The translations under genes and the position numbers were made by a program. The notes under the pieces were generated by a model. It made no database searches and had not been told where the DNA came from. It worked only from the letters and a program-made list of their open reading frames with translations. A stretch of 39,051 bases of DNA from a virus (Duplodnaviria > Caudoviricetes): positions 1-39,051 of the IMG/VR virus record IMGVR_UViG_3300022697_000204. One strand, 5' to 3'. Shown in pieces: positions 26,912-35,841 of the stretch. The first letter of the stretch is position 1. Each line of letters begins with the position of its first letter.

Positions 26912-29486
26912 GGATCACCAATGCTTGAACGGTACAAGGGTAGGGCTTGGTTTGCCGCACGTAAACTGTTTTATCTCGTTGCCAGCTATCCGAAAATGGG
27001 ACCTCCACAACTCCGGTAAACAGGGGTACCGGGCGGCCCGAAACAAGTGGCACCTTCGTGAATTGTATCGGCTCAGGGAGGTACGTGTTCGTACCGACCT
27101 CAACGCCCAGAGTCTCCCGGAAGCGAAGGCCCAGCCGATTCACACTTTTGATTTTTGTCTGCCCCGGTCCCGTTTCGCCACCAAATTCGAGCGGCATTGT
27201 GCGAAGGTGACCAGTGTAGGAGTACCCGAGCGTCATCCGTGCCGCTTGGTAATTGAGCGAAAACTCCCCGACCGAACTGACTACGACGTCCGGATGCTGC
27301 CGACCATCGGTAACAATCTGAACGGTAGCGTCCTTGTACTCCCAGAACCCGAAAAAGTCTTTTTGTGTAAGAAACCAATTCTCCGATAGCATCGCATCGG
27401 CATTATCAAAATCTACTATTATCCGGCAGGTCACATTACGGCCATCCGTAAAACCGGTGATGACCGCCCGGCCTGTCCCCACTCCGTTGACGGGCTTTTT
27501 CCAAATCTCTTGGCCGATCATCTTCGCGGTAAAGAAAAGAGGACTACCCCCCGAGATGAGAAAGTTAACAGCGGCCCCCGACGTCTGAATAGGAAACATC
27601 ACCCCTTTTTCGATAGCGGACCCGTCGTATGTGATCGAGCTATCCAAATTTATAAAGCGACTCTGATCCTCCGCAGACTGAAGGTCAAACCGAGCCATGT
27701 CGCTTGCCTTATTCTCGACCCCGGTGAAGTAATCCTGTTCACGAGGCATTTCTGGATCGTCCGCCAAATACTCCACAAACCTCCGCGTACGTCCGCCTTG
27801 GATCCGCTCCGTGACCACGACGAGCTGATCGGTTTTGTTCAATCGCCCCACAGTGCTCACACTCAAAAACTTATTTACGCCCCCGTCGGTCAAACGATGC
27901 GGGTGCCACGCAAACACGGCTTCCCGAACCTGGGAGGTCAAGCCTACCAACACCCCATCATTACGAACAGCCCACAAGATATCAGGTCTGCCGGTCATCC
28001 AAGCTTGTTCAAGAATACCTGAGCGGGTAATGTGAGACGCAACGATATTTCGGTCGGTTCCAGTGATGGCGTCACTTAACGCCTCGAACTGCACCGACTC
28101 CACACGAACCCCGCCCTTCTGAACATAGAAGACGAGATTTCTCTTGTTTGTAGGCTCAATATCAGCCGCCCCGACCTTGTCGATGTCGCGGGCATTGACA
28201 CTGGACGACGTGATCGCATCATCAGCCGTGTCACCCGTGACCTTAACTACTGCACCCAACGTCCCAATCAAGAGAACCCGATCAGTGCCGCTAAACCAAA
28301 CTATCTTCCGCCCACCACCAATTGAATAGGCGATCGCGTGATCGGCATCAGTGCCAAGTGTAAAGTCGTCGTACCGCGTCGCTCCCGGATCTGCACCGCC
28401 ACTGCCTTGCGGTGATCGAGATCCAAGGAATTTACTCGGGTTGGCGGAACCTCCGTTGAAGTACAACCGCGACTCGTAAAATTCAAGGGCCGTAGGTGTA
28501 TTCTTGGTCGAGCTAATGTACCCGTTCGCTGTCCACGTCTTGCCAGACAGGTCAATATCAAAACCGTCTTCAGCTACAAAATGGAGTGTCGTCGCAGAAA
28601 GAAATCCACATCGTAGGGGGACGCCATTGTAGGTTGACCCGAGTGTACCATTCGCCTCTTGCATGTACATCGTCTCGCCCTCAACCATCCCATGGGCAAC
28701 CCCGACCGTAATGACACCGGGGTTGCCCGCAACAAACCCAGTTACGTTGCGGGAGTCTGTAGACTGATCAGCCGTTCGAGTATACGTAGATAGCGTCCAA
28801 TTGGCATCAGACACTCGAATAAGTTTCCTAGGTTCGTATAAAGGGTGGACGATGTACATCACATCGCCGTCCTGCCTAACTTTCAACTTCCAAAAATCGC
28901 TAGCTTCCGTGTATGGCGAATCTAACTCGTAGACCTTAAGGAATCTCGTACCCGCTGTTATTATAGGGGTACTGTAGTTTGAGGGGTTGACGAGGACTCC
29001 GTCGCTATCGTTCAGTAGGGTTTGAGTCGACGTTGCGAAAGACACCCCATAAAACTTATTGTTCATCTCGGGTGACTCATCCAACTCGGTCAAAAACAAC
29101 TCGTCATCTACAGCAAAGCCATGAGGGCTCGCAAAGGTCGCCATCAGCGTAGACACGCCGACAGGGAGCGTGTCCACGACTAACGCGTTATCGACCAAGA
29201 TCGCGGAGTTGTCTCTAAAAAACCGAATTTTCTTATTCGTGAACTCTAGGTTATATGCCTGATCATCATTGAAGGAGAACGTGATCACACGAGCGATTTG
29301 ATTTTCTCGCGTGTGGTTCATCACTCGAAAACCGGAGCGGTACCGGGCCGAACCCTGAGTTTCAATAATGTAGTTTTGAGCCGCTTTGGCCCCTGTGTGA
29401 TAGACCGGGAGGTCCACCCGACCGTCCATGCTCGGAGAAAGCTCGCCCCCTGAAAAGCTGTGGATCAATACCTCTTCTTGAGCCAT
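26889..29486 (-). CDS. Tail tubular protein B / nozzle (gp12-like)
   Basis: SFSGGELSP...GRVD N-terminus, FYESRLYF, VRNDG.L, AWH.H, Q..PYP.TV C-terminus. Confidence 0.88.
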   Translation of the reverse strand: MAQEEVLIHSFSGGELSPSMDGRVDLPVYHTGAKAAQNYIIETQGSARYRSGFRVMNHTRENQIARVITFSFNDDQAYNLEFTNKKIRFFRDNSAILVDNALVVDTLPVGVSTLMATFASPHGFAVDDELFLTELDESPEMNNKFYGVSFATSTQTLLNDSDGVLVNPSNYSTPIITAGTRFLKVYELDSPYTEASDFWKLKVRQDGDVMYIVHPLYEPRKLIRVSDANWTLSTYTRTADQSTDSRNVTGFVAGNPGVITVGVAHGMVEGETMYMQEANGTLGSTYNGVPLRCGFLSATTLHFVAEDGFDIDLSGKTWTANGYISSTKNTPTALEFYESRLYFNGGSANPSKFLGSRSPQGSGGADPGATRYDDFTLGTDADHAIAYSIGGGRKIVWFSGTDRVLLIGTLGAVVKVTGDTADDAITSSSVNARDIDKVGAADIEPTNKRNLVFYVQKGGVRVESVQFEALSDAITGTDRNIVASHITRSGILEQAWMTGRPDILWAVRNDGVLVGLTSQVREAVFAWHPHRLTDGGVNKFLSVSTVGRLNKTDQLVVVTERIQGGRTRRFVEYLADDPEMPREQDYFTGVENKASDMARFDLQSAEDQSRFINLDSSITYDGSAIEKGVMFPIQTSGAAVNFLISGGSPLFFTAKMIGQEIWKKPVNGVGTGRAVITGFTDGRNVTCRIIVDFDNADAMLSENWFLTQKDFFGFWEYKDATVQIVTDGRQHPDVVVSSVGEFSLNYQAARMTLGYSYTGHLRTMPLEFGGETGPGQTKIKSVNRLGLRFRETLGVEVGTNTYLPEPIQFTKVPLVSGRPVPLFTGVVEVPFSDSWQRDKTVYVRQTKPYPCTVQALVIHGDTDNT

Positions 29487-29488
29487 GC

Positions 29489-30142
29489 TTAACTCTCAAA
29501 AACCATAAAGGGCCCAGCCGTGTTGGCTTGCATACGGCCACCACGTCGAGCCTGTCTGAACCGGCTCCTCTCCGTTCGGATCGGGGGCCGCTCTTGTCCG
29601 TCAATCGCCCGAGCTTCATCCATGACCTCTTGGCGGTCCTTCTTTATCGCGTCGATACGAGTTTCCCGTGATGTGAAGTTAGGGGCGATGGCGACTGCAA
29701 TGCTCAAAGCCAAAACCTGAATTGCTAACTCGTCCCATTTCGTTATGTCAGTGTGGTCGTAGATGTACCGAAGATTGATCGGACCATCCGAATTTAACAG
29801 CAGATGACCGCCCTCAATTTGGTAGTTGGATTCCCGTAAAAGAATCGGGGCTCCTGACTCATCAGTTCGATTCAAATATCGAACGAAATCAGAAGGGAAA
29901 AGATACCTAGCGGAAAACCCAAACTCGGGGACCACAGAATCCTTCGTTAGCGTTCGTCGCCGAATAGCGAAATTCCAAGGGTGGCTCCGAAGTGTCGACA
30001 GTCGAACTTGGTCGTATACCGCATGACAAAGCTTCTCGGACTGCGATACGGGTGCGTCAATATCGGTGACCAGTTCTTGTTTGAGCTGGATCAGGGCGAG
30101 GTTACAGACGCCGACCTTACTGTTCACCGATGACGTTGCCAT
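29489..30142 (-). CDS. Tail tubular protein A / adaptor (gp11-like)
   Basis: VCNLAL..L, HPWNFA..R, Y.FPSDF, ARAID.QE. Confidence 0.88.
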   Translation of the reverse strand: MATSSVNSKVGVCNLALIQLKQELVTDIDAPVSQSEKLCHAVYDQVRLSTLRSHPWNFAIRRRTLTKDSVVPEFGFSARYLFPSDFVRYLNRTDESGAPILLRESNYQIEGGHLLLNSDGPINLRYIYDHTDITKWDELAIQVLALSIAVAIAPNFTSRETRIDAIKKDRQEVMDEARAIDGQERPPIRTERSRFRQARRGGRMQANTAGPFMVFES

Positions 30143-30153
30143 GCCAAGCTCCT

Positions 30154-30203
30154 AAAAAAAGAAGGGGTGGGCGGTAAGGCTTTCGCCGCTACCGCCCGGA
30201 CCC
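30154..30203 (-). terminator. Intrinsic terminator after the capsid/decoration genes
   Basis: Minus strand GGGCGGTA-GC-GGC-GAAA-GCC-T-TACCGCCC followed by ACCCCTTCTTTTTTT. Confidence 0.75.
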
Positions 30204-30221
30204 TAGCACCGTCTACCACTT

Positions 30222-30731
30222 TTAGCCCTGGACGAACTCCATCAAAATGGCGATCGTGCCCGCTGCCGAGCCAACCACACGACCCGTAAACGCAATGTCG
30301 TATCCGACCTTCTTGGTTTCCTGGGTGTGGCCCGCAAGTTCCCAAAGCGTCTTTTTAATATCGGCGATCGCAACAGCCGTGAGGCCGTCAAGACCCGATC
30401 CACGAGCACGAGCACTCGCCATACTGGCCCCGTTCACGAATACGTCGATATCGATCACTGGCCCAAGGACGCCGTCCTCACCGGTCGTCTCATAGAGGCC
30501 GAGATCGTAGTCCGTACCGACTGTAATCGCGTCGTTGTAGATCAGAAACCGCTTCGGAATGAGATCCGGGTTAATGGCCTTAGCCACACGGTAGACCGAC
30601 TCGTTGTCGTCCGCTGCGGCAACTTCAAACGTCTGAATCACTGTGACGGTTTTCGCACCGTCGTTGTACGCGGCAGAGGTCTTTTTGGCCGCTGCAATTA
30701 ACGCATCAATATATTTGTCTTCTACTGCCAT
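30222..30731 (-). CDS. Capsid decoration/cement-like protein B
   Basis: Downstream of the capsid gene; beta-rich; DYDLGLY...ID.D.F pattern; paralog of 30738-31271. Confidence 0.65.
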   Translation of the reverse strand: MAVEDKYIDALIAAAKKTSAAYNDGAKTVTVIQTFEVAAADDNESVYRVAKAINPDLIPKRFLIYNDAITVGTDYDLGLYETTGEDGVLGPVIDIDVFVNGASMASARARGSGLDGLTAVAIADIKKTLWELAGHTQETKKVGYDIAFTGRVVGSAAGTIAILMEFVQG

Positions 30732-30737
30732 GGTCTT

Positions 30738-31271
30738 TTATCCTTTTGTAAATTTTAACTCTAACCCGAACCTGTACGATTGACCCGCGTTGATGTTGAT
30801 GAAATTACTTAACGCGATGTCATACCCCGGTAACCGGTTCCGCAATGTATGCCCCGCTAACTGATAGAGGGGCACTTGTAAGTCCGCAATTGGCTTACCG
30901 CCCAAGATGTCGATCGGGGCATCCTTCTCGGCCCCGAACACACCAAAAGTCCCAATCGAAAACTCGTAGAGGCCGTTGAGCGTGTCCTCACCTAAAAGAT
31001 CTTCATCAACAAATCTTTTTGGCTTCATGAGAATGACATGATACGTTTCACTACCCGAAGGCCCGAGACGTATACCCCACCACCGACCGGCGGTCATAAT
31101 GTAATCGGGGTCTAAATTTCGAAGCACCCTATGCTTTGCAAATCCAACTTCCGGTCCTTGAATATCGAAAACTTGAGTCATGCCGAACGTATCCGCCCCG
31201 CTGTTAAACGCCGGACTCGTGTAGGAGCCCTTCGCAATAAACGGATCGATATATTTATCGACGACGGCCAT
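30738..31271 (-). CDS. Capsid decoration/cement-like protein A (diverged paralog)
   Basis: Shares MAV.DKYID..IA, LAGHT and GYDIA with the next gene; AGGAG SD. Confidence 0.6.
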   Translation of the reverse strand: MAVVDKYIDPFIAKGSYTSPAFNSGADTFGMTQVFDIQGPEVGFAKHRVLRNLDPDYIMTAGRWWGIRLGPSGSETYHVILMKPKRFVDEDLLGEDTLNGLYEFSIGTFGVFGAEKDAPIDILGGKPIADLQVPLYQLAGHTLRNRLPGYDIALSNFININAGQSYRFGLELKFTKG

Positions 31272-31280
31272 GGTCTCTCC

Positions 31281-32168
31281 TTAGATGGTCGTCGTGACCT
31301 TCTGGATCAACTTACCTTCTGTACGCACGGCGCCGAGCTCGCCAACGATTTGGACCTGCTCGGTTTCGACGTAGTCAGAACGATCTTTCACGGTCACACC
31401 GAACTGTTTCGATAGGCCGTACTGCAGGCCGCGGCTTGTCATAGCGACACCATCACGAACAGAGCCGGTGACATTCAAAATCGGATTCGGCACATCGGCA
31501 CCGTAGGCGATGAATCCAATGCCCAGACCACGAGTGATCGTACCTTGATCAACAACGAATTGACGTGAGAAATCGCCGCTCGTCAACTCATTCTCTTTCA
31601 TCAACGCTTCCTCTTCCGTACCGGTAAACAGATACAGCATCACTTCCGGGATGTCTGTACCGACTTCGTTGTTAGTCCAGTTCTTCCGGATCTCAAGCAG
31701 CTTCTCGTAAGTCAAACCAGCGGTGGCGTTGACCGTCTTGCCGCCGTCGTTTGCAAACGTAACTGTGGTTTCGAAGTCGCGGCCAGTCTTGACGTCTGCA
31801 AACGTCGCTTCAACCCCAACGCGATCAAAGACTCGCTCCATTGCACGGATGGAGGCCGCCGCGTATTCGCCACTGGGCTGAATAAGCATGGCCCGAACGT
31901 CAGACGCATCGATAGGAAGCGTCACAACAAACCGACGCCTACGAATCTGACGTCGCAGGTGCTCAATGTTGTCGAACGTCACCGGGACAATACGTCCGTT
32001 GATCTCTCTGGCCTCGACGGCTCCGAGTCCGTCATAGGCGATCTTGTCGCCGGTCATGGGTTTTATCGACACAAAGGGCCGAATACGAGAGCGAATTTGC
32101 TGAGCCTGAACATGCAGCATATTCGAAAACTGGATAATGAGATTTCTGTCGATCGTGTTTTGGGACAT
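31281..32168 (-). CDS. Major capsid protein
   Basis: I...I.QFS..LHV.AQQ..SRIR N-terminus and GAVR.E...I C-terminus; follows the scaffold gene; AGGAG SD. Confidence 0.85.
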   Translation of the reverse strand: MSQNTIDRNLIIQFSNMLHVQAQQIRSRIRPFVSIKPMTGDKIAYDGLGAVEAREINGRIVPVTFDNIEHLRRQIRRRRFVVTLPIDASDVRAMLIQPSGEYAAASIRAMERVFDRVGVEATFADVKTGRDFETTVTFANDGGKTVNATAGLTYEKLLEIRKNWTNNEVGTDIPEVMLYLFTGTEEEALMKENELTSGDFSRQFVVDQGTITRGLGIGFIAYGADVPNPILNVTGSVRDGVAMTSRGLQYGLSKQFGVTVKDRSDYVETEQVQIVGELGAVRTEGKLIQKVTTTI

Positions 32169-32322
32169 ACCGATAGCTCCTGCGAAAAAAGTTCTGTTTC
32201 CAATACTGACTCGGAAACGTGACCTCCAACGTAGAAGGGCGTGTCCTGCCCCTGAGCGGCGGGGGTAGCCGAGCGAAATTATTCGCTATCAGATGGGCCG
32301 TTGCGGGTGACCATCGCACTAC

Positions 32323-32350
32323 ATTATAGGCCTAACAGCCGACGTATCAA
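32323..32350 (-). promoter_or_regulatory. Sigma70-type promoter for the capsid operon
   Basis: Minus strand TTGATA-16 bp-TATAAT. Confidence 0.65.
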
Positions 32351-33249
32351 GCAGTACCAAATAGTTGATTGACTTTCTTGATCGCCGCCTCATGGGCTTC
32401 GCCCCCAAACTCGTTTCGATAGATCGGCGACTCCATGATCTTTCGGCCCTCGGCGTGACGCTCCGCCTCGGAAGCTTGGCCCACACCGGCACCCGCCCCA
32501 GTTGGGAGCTGGTCAGCCGTAATGTAATCTTTCCGGATACCATCGAGGACTGACGCCAGCACGGCCAACGTTTTGTTATCGAGACCGGCCACATGCTTCC
32601 CCATGCTCTTGGGGGTGTACTTCTCCATCAACGCTTTACCGGTACTCAGGACCTCATCTTGCCGGTCGCCGAACAGGGTCTCGGTCAATGTCGAGAATTC
32701 AGCATCGAGCTTTGATTGGGCGTCGAGGCTCTCCGCCGTCATCTTATCGCCCATGGCCTGCCAACCGGGGGTAAGGGCAGCAAGCTGCTCAGGCGTGACC
32801 GCTGCTGCTTTAAGCAGGGGTCTGAGCTGCTCGTTAAACGCGAGGTCCTCCTTCGAAAACTCTTTACCCTCGGGCGGCGTAAACGCGTAGTCCTTGGCGT
32901 CATCAGGAACACCCCTCGCCTTATTGAACTCGTTCCAGTCCGTCTCCGAAGCGTTGGCTTGGGGAATACCCCCTGGCCGTTTGCTCAATGCCGTTTTCTG
33001 GTCGGAGATCATCTTGAACATCGCGGGCACGTCCTTCATCTCAGTGACCCAAGGCTGATCCTTGTATTCGGCAGGAACGATCGAGCTCAACTCGGGGAAC
33101 GTTGGGTCAGTGGCGGCAGGGGCATTGGGGTTAGCCTGTTGAAAGTTCTGAGCAAAGGAAGAAGAGCCCTCAACGGGTGAGGCTCCGAGGCCCAGTTGGC
33201 CGGGTTCAGTTGAAGCGGGCGGCGGGGTGGCTGTAAGTGCGTCTGCCAT
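32347..33249 (-). CDS. Capsid scaffolding protein
   Basis: P/A-rich N-terminus, GVPD...DY.F motif, helical acidic body, C-terminal H...V..LF; located upstream of the capsid gene. Confidence 0.8.
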   Translation of the reverse strand: MADALTATPPPASTEPGQLGLGASPVEGSSSFAQNFQQANPNAPAATDPTFPELSSIVPAEYKDQPWVTEMKDVPAMFKMISDQKTALSKRPGGIPQANASETDWNEFNKARGVPDDAKDYAFTPPEGKEFSKEDLAFNEQLRPLLKAAAVTPEQLAALTPGWQAMGDKMTAESLDAQSKLDAEFSTLTETLFGDRQDEVLSTGKALMEKYTPKSMGKHVAGLDNKTLAVLASVLDGIRKDYITADQLPTGAGAGVGQASEAERHAEGRKIMESPIYRNEFGGEAHEAAIKKVNQLFGTA

Positions 33250-33270
33250 CAGAAAATCCTTGTGCTAAGG

Positions 33271-33615
33271 TTACGAAAGTAAATCGTCGATATCGTTTGG
33301 GCTATCGGAGTGCGTCTCGATGTACATCAAAATGTCGCGTCGCATGAACTGGCGAATATACAAATAGACCCCTCGTCGGGCCTCATTGTTTAACATACCA
33401 TCCATCTGCACATTGCCGTTCACGGGATCAAATACCACGCTGCTTTGCTGATAGCCACAGAGGCCCATTAAATGGCGGAGAATTCGGCGGCCGGATTCGG
33501 TCCCAAACGTCGCGTTCATATCCATTTTTAGTTGACGGGTAGCGTCTTGAACCTTCTTACTCGATGCCGCCTTTGCCTTGATGGATATCATCCTGGCCTT
33601 TACATTTTCACTCAT
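33271..33615 (-). CDS. Bbp19-like conserved head-region protein
   Basis: TFGTESGRRILRHL...NEARRGVYLYI, between portal and scaffold. Confidence 0.75.
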   Translation of the reverse strand: MSENVKARMISIKAKAASSKKVQDATRQLKMDMNATFGTESGRRILRHLMGLCGYQQSSVVFDPVNGNVQMDGMLNNEARRGVYLYIRQFMRRDILMYIETHSDSPNDIDDLLS

Positions 33616-35327
33616 GCCGCTGTACCACTGGTGCTAGGCAGTAAGCCTGATTGTCCTACGTTGCGGAGGGCCTCAGCCCCCTGGGTGATTGTTTCTTTTT
33701 CCTCGTTCGCTTCTTGCAGTTCCGCTCGTGCTTTTCGGATCTTCTCAACGGCGACCTTAGCTCGTTCGATCTGGCTCGCTGCCCCTACCAAGACGCGGAA
33801 TGCTCTCAGGAACTCGTCAAGGTCCATGTTGTCCAGTGAGGTCGGATCGATCGCCGCTGTTCGTTCGAGTACCGCCAACAGTTGTAGTAGGCCGTCGACT
33901 TCTTCGGATTGCAAAATCCGTTGAGCTGGTGTGAAGTAGCGGATCTTGTAAACATCTTTGCCCCGCAGCATCAACTCCGCTACCTCATCAGGGATGATAA
34001 CGGGGTTTGGGTCGGTCGAGGTTAATTCTTCAACGGATCCCCTAATCACACCAAGCTCACCGGCAGCAAACAAGATATTGAATGTGGCTTTGATTAACGG
34101 CGTAAACAGCTCGGCGATTTGCCGAACGAGCGAGGACATCAGCGTTGCGTTACGGAGGCGATTCCGGATGTTCGCTTCGCCGAGTGTCATCTGGGCGGTG
34201 TTGTTAAAGTCCAACAAGCGGTCGATAGAGAAGTGATTGTTGATGGACTCTTCGAGCTTATTAATCAGAGCCTCGGCTGTTGCAATTTCCCCAACCGTAA
34301 ACAACTGGAAAACGGGGTTCCGATCTCCCGCCCGTCCCGTGGAATTGAACACAGTAACGCCATTGGCCGATGTATCCAGTTCCCCACCCCCCAGAACCCC
34401 GTCGTTCATCACACCCAAGGGTGGCGCCAACGATTTTTCAATTGCAATAGTGACAGCTTCCCACACCACATTGAGTTCCAACGAATCGGGCAACGCATCA
34501 AAACCAGAGCCTCGACCATACTCTTCGGTCGAGAGCTTCGAGAAGCGAGCTACCTTGATCGGCATCTCTTCAAAGCCCGAATGTTTTATGAGCTGTTTGG
34601 TGTCGTTTTCAACGTGAAGAGATCGCCACGGCATAGCCCGATTGCCCTTGCCCTCACGCTCGTTTTTCGGCCGAGGCTCAACGGCGATGGTGAATTTAAC
34701 ATCAGTGTCAAACTTCTTACTGTTGTGTAGTTCCCGGATTTTAGCACTTACGGTATCGAGACCGTACTCGTTGACGAACCGATTAACTTTCCAATTTAGA
34801 TCGATGTAGACCGTATCGACAAACCCGTTCTTGCCTTCCGAAATGGACATGCGGCTAACGCCCCACGAACTGTACCTGACGATCGTATCTTCATCGGCAG
34901 AGGGCTCAATGCCCGACGTTGCGAATGAGAACTGGTCCTGCATATACTCATCGAGCGACGTCCGCAGGCCCGTCTCCGGATCATCCATCACGTCGAGCAT
35001 TCGGTTGGTGACGAACTCGTAATACTTCTTGATTTCTTCGGTTTCGGGAAGGTCGCGGGGCTTATCGATTTGAATGCGGTCAGGCGTGTCAGGCCAAAGC
35101 ATCGACAGGAAAGAGGACGCGGCGATCTTCATTGCTCGCGGACTTGTTGAGTCAAACAGTTCTCGATTTAAGAACTCACCCTCAGATTGGTCACCGGTGA
35201 AATTCTGTTTGCGGGTATGGACGTACTCGCCAATTAACTGCCACACTTCAAGCCATGGGTCCTTGACCTTTTTGAGCTCTTTGCTGCGTTGCAGGACATG
35301 TTCGACTAGTTCTAAATCAGTAGGCAT
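33612..35327 (-). CDS. Portal (head-to-tail connector) protein
   Basis: LFDST, EEYGRG....ALPD...LN, QMTL.E...R motifs; about 570 aa. Confidence 0.9.
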   Translation of the reverse strand: MPTDLELVEHVLQRSKELKKVKDPWLEVWQLIGEYVHTRKQNFTGDQSEGEFLNRELFDSTSPRAMKIAASSFLSMLWPDTPDRIQIDKPRDLPETEEIKKYYEFVTNRMLDVMDDPETGLRTSLDEYMQDQFSFATSGIEPSADEDTIVRYSSWGVSRMSISEGKNGFVDTVYIDLNWKVNRFVNEYGLDTVSAKIRELHNSKKFDTDVKFTIAVEPRPKNEREGKGNRAMPWRSLHVENDTKQLIKHSGFEEMPIKVARFSKLSTEEYGRGSGFDALPDSLELNVVWEAVTIAIEKSLAPPLGVMNDGVLGGGELDTSANGVTVFNSTGRAGDRNPVFQLFTVGEIATAEALINKLEESINNHFSIDRLLDFNNTAQMTLGEANIRNRLRNATLMSSLVRQIAELFTPLIKATFNILFAAGELGVIRGSVEELTSTDPNPVIIPDEVAELMLRGKDVYKIRYFTPAQRILQSEEVDGLLQLLAVLERTAAIDPTSLDNMDLDEFLRAFRVLVGAASQIERAKVAVEKIRKARAELQEANEEKETITQGAEALRNVGQSGLLPSTSGTAA

Positions 35328-35344
35328 AGGGTGCACTGCTGGTG

Positions 35345-35572
35345 TTAAGACAATTGCCTATTGGCTCGTGGGCTCGGATTGAGACTTCCACTTACGTTAT
35401 CGGCTAAAAACGAACGTCGGCCGATTTGAAGACTTCGGCCAGCAGCTGCTCTGCCTTCCCGTTTCAACTTCTCCGCCTCCGCTTTCGCGGCAGCGGCGTC
35501 GGCCTGCTGTTGGCGGATAACGTTCTGTTGGACCCGCTTTTCATGCCGCTCAGGACCTTTACTTGCACCCAT
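35345..35572 (-). CDS. Small basic virion protein (gp6.7/7.3-like), paralog B
   Basis: MG start, coiled middle, IGRRSFL; immediately upstream of the portal gene. Confidence 0.6.
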   Translation of the reverse strand: MGASKGPERHEKRVQQNVIRQQQADAAAAKAEAEKLKREGRAAAGRSLQIGRRSFLADNVSGSLNPSPRANRQLS

Positions 35573-35590
35573 GAGGCTGACCCTTCTTGG

Positions 35591-35812
35591 TTAAGAGCGT
35601 TGTCGATTAACACGCGGCGCCGCTGAAAGGGCGCCTTGCGATGGAGGTCCAATAAATGCCTGTCTCCCAATACGCCGCAATCGTTTTTCCTCGGGCGTGC
35701 CGGCTTCTTCGCTTTGGTCTGTGGCGGCTGCCCCAGTGGCTCGGACCATACGGCGGTCTCTCCGGGTGGCATTCAGATCCCGATTATGTCGCGGCTCGTT
35801 GCCTGCACCCAT
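35591..35812 (-). CDS. Small basic virion protein, paralog A
   Basis: MGA start; IGRQAFI...PRVNRQRS aligns with the neighbouring gene; AGGA SD. Confidence 0.6.
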   Translation of the reverse strand: MGAGNEPRHNRDLNATRRDRRMVRATGAAATDQSEEAGTPEEKRLRRIGRQAFIGPPSQGALSAAPRVNRQRS

Positions 35813-35841
35813 GGTGGTTCCTGAGGAATTAGGCTATCCGC

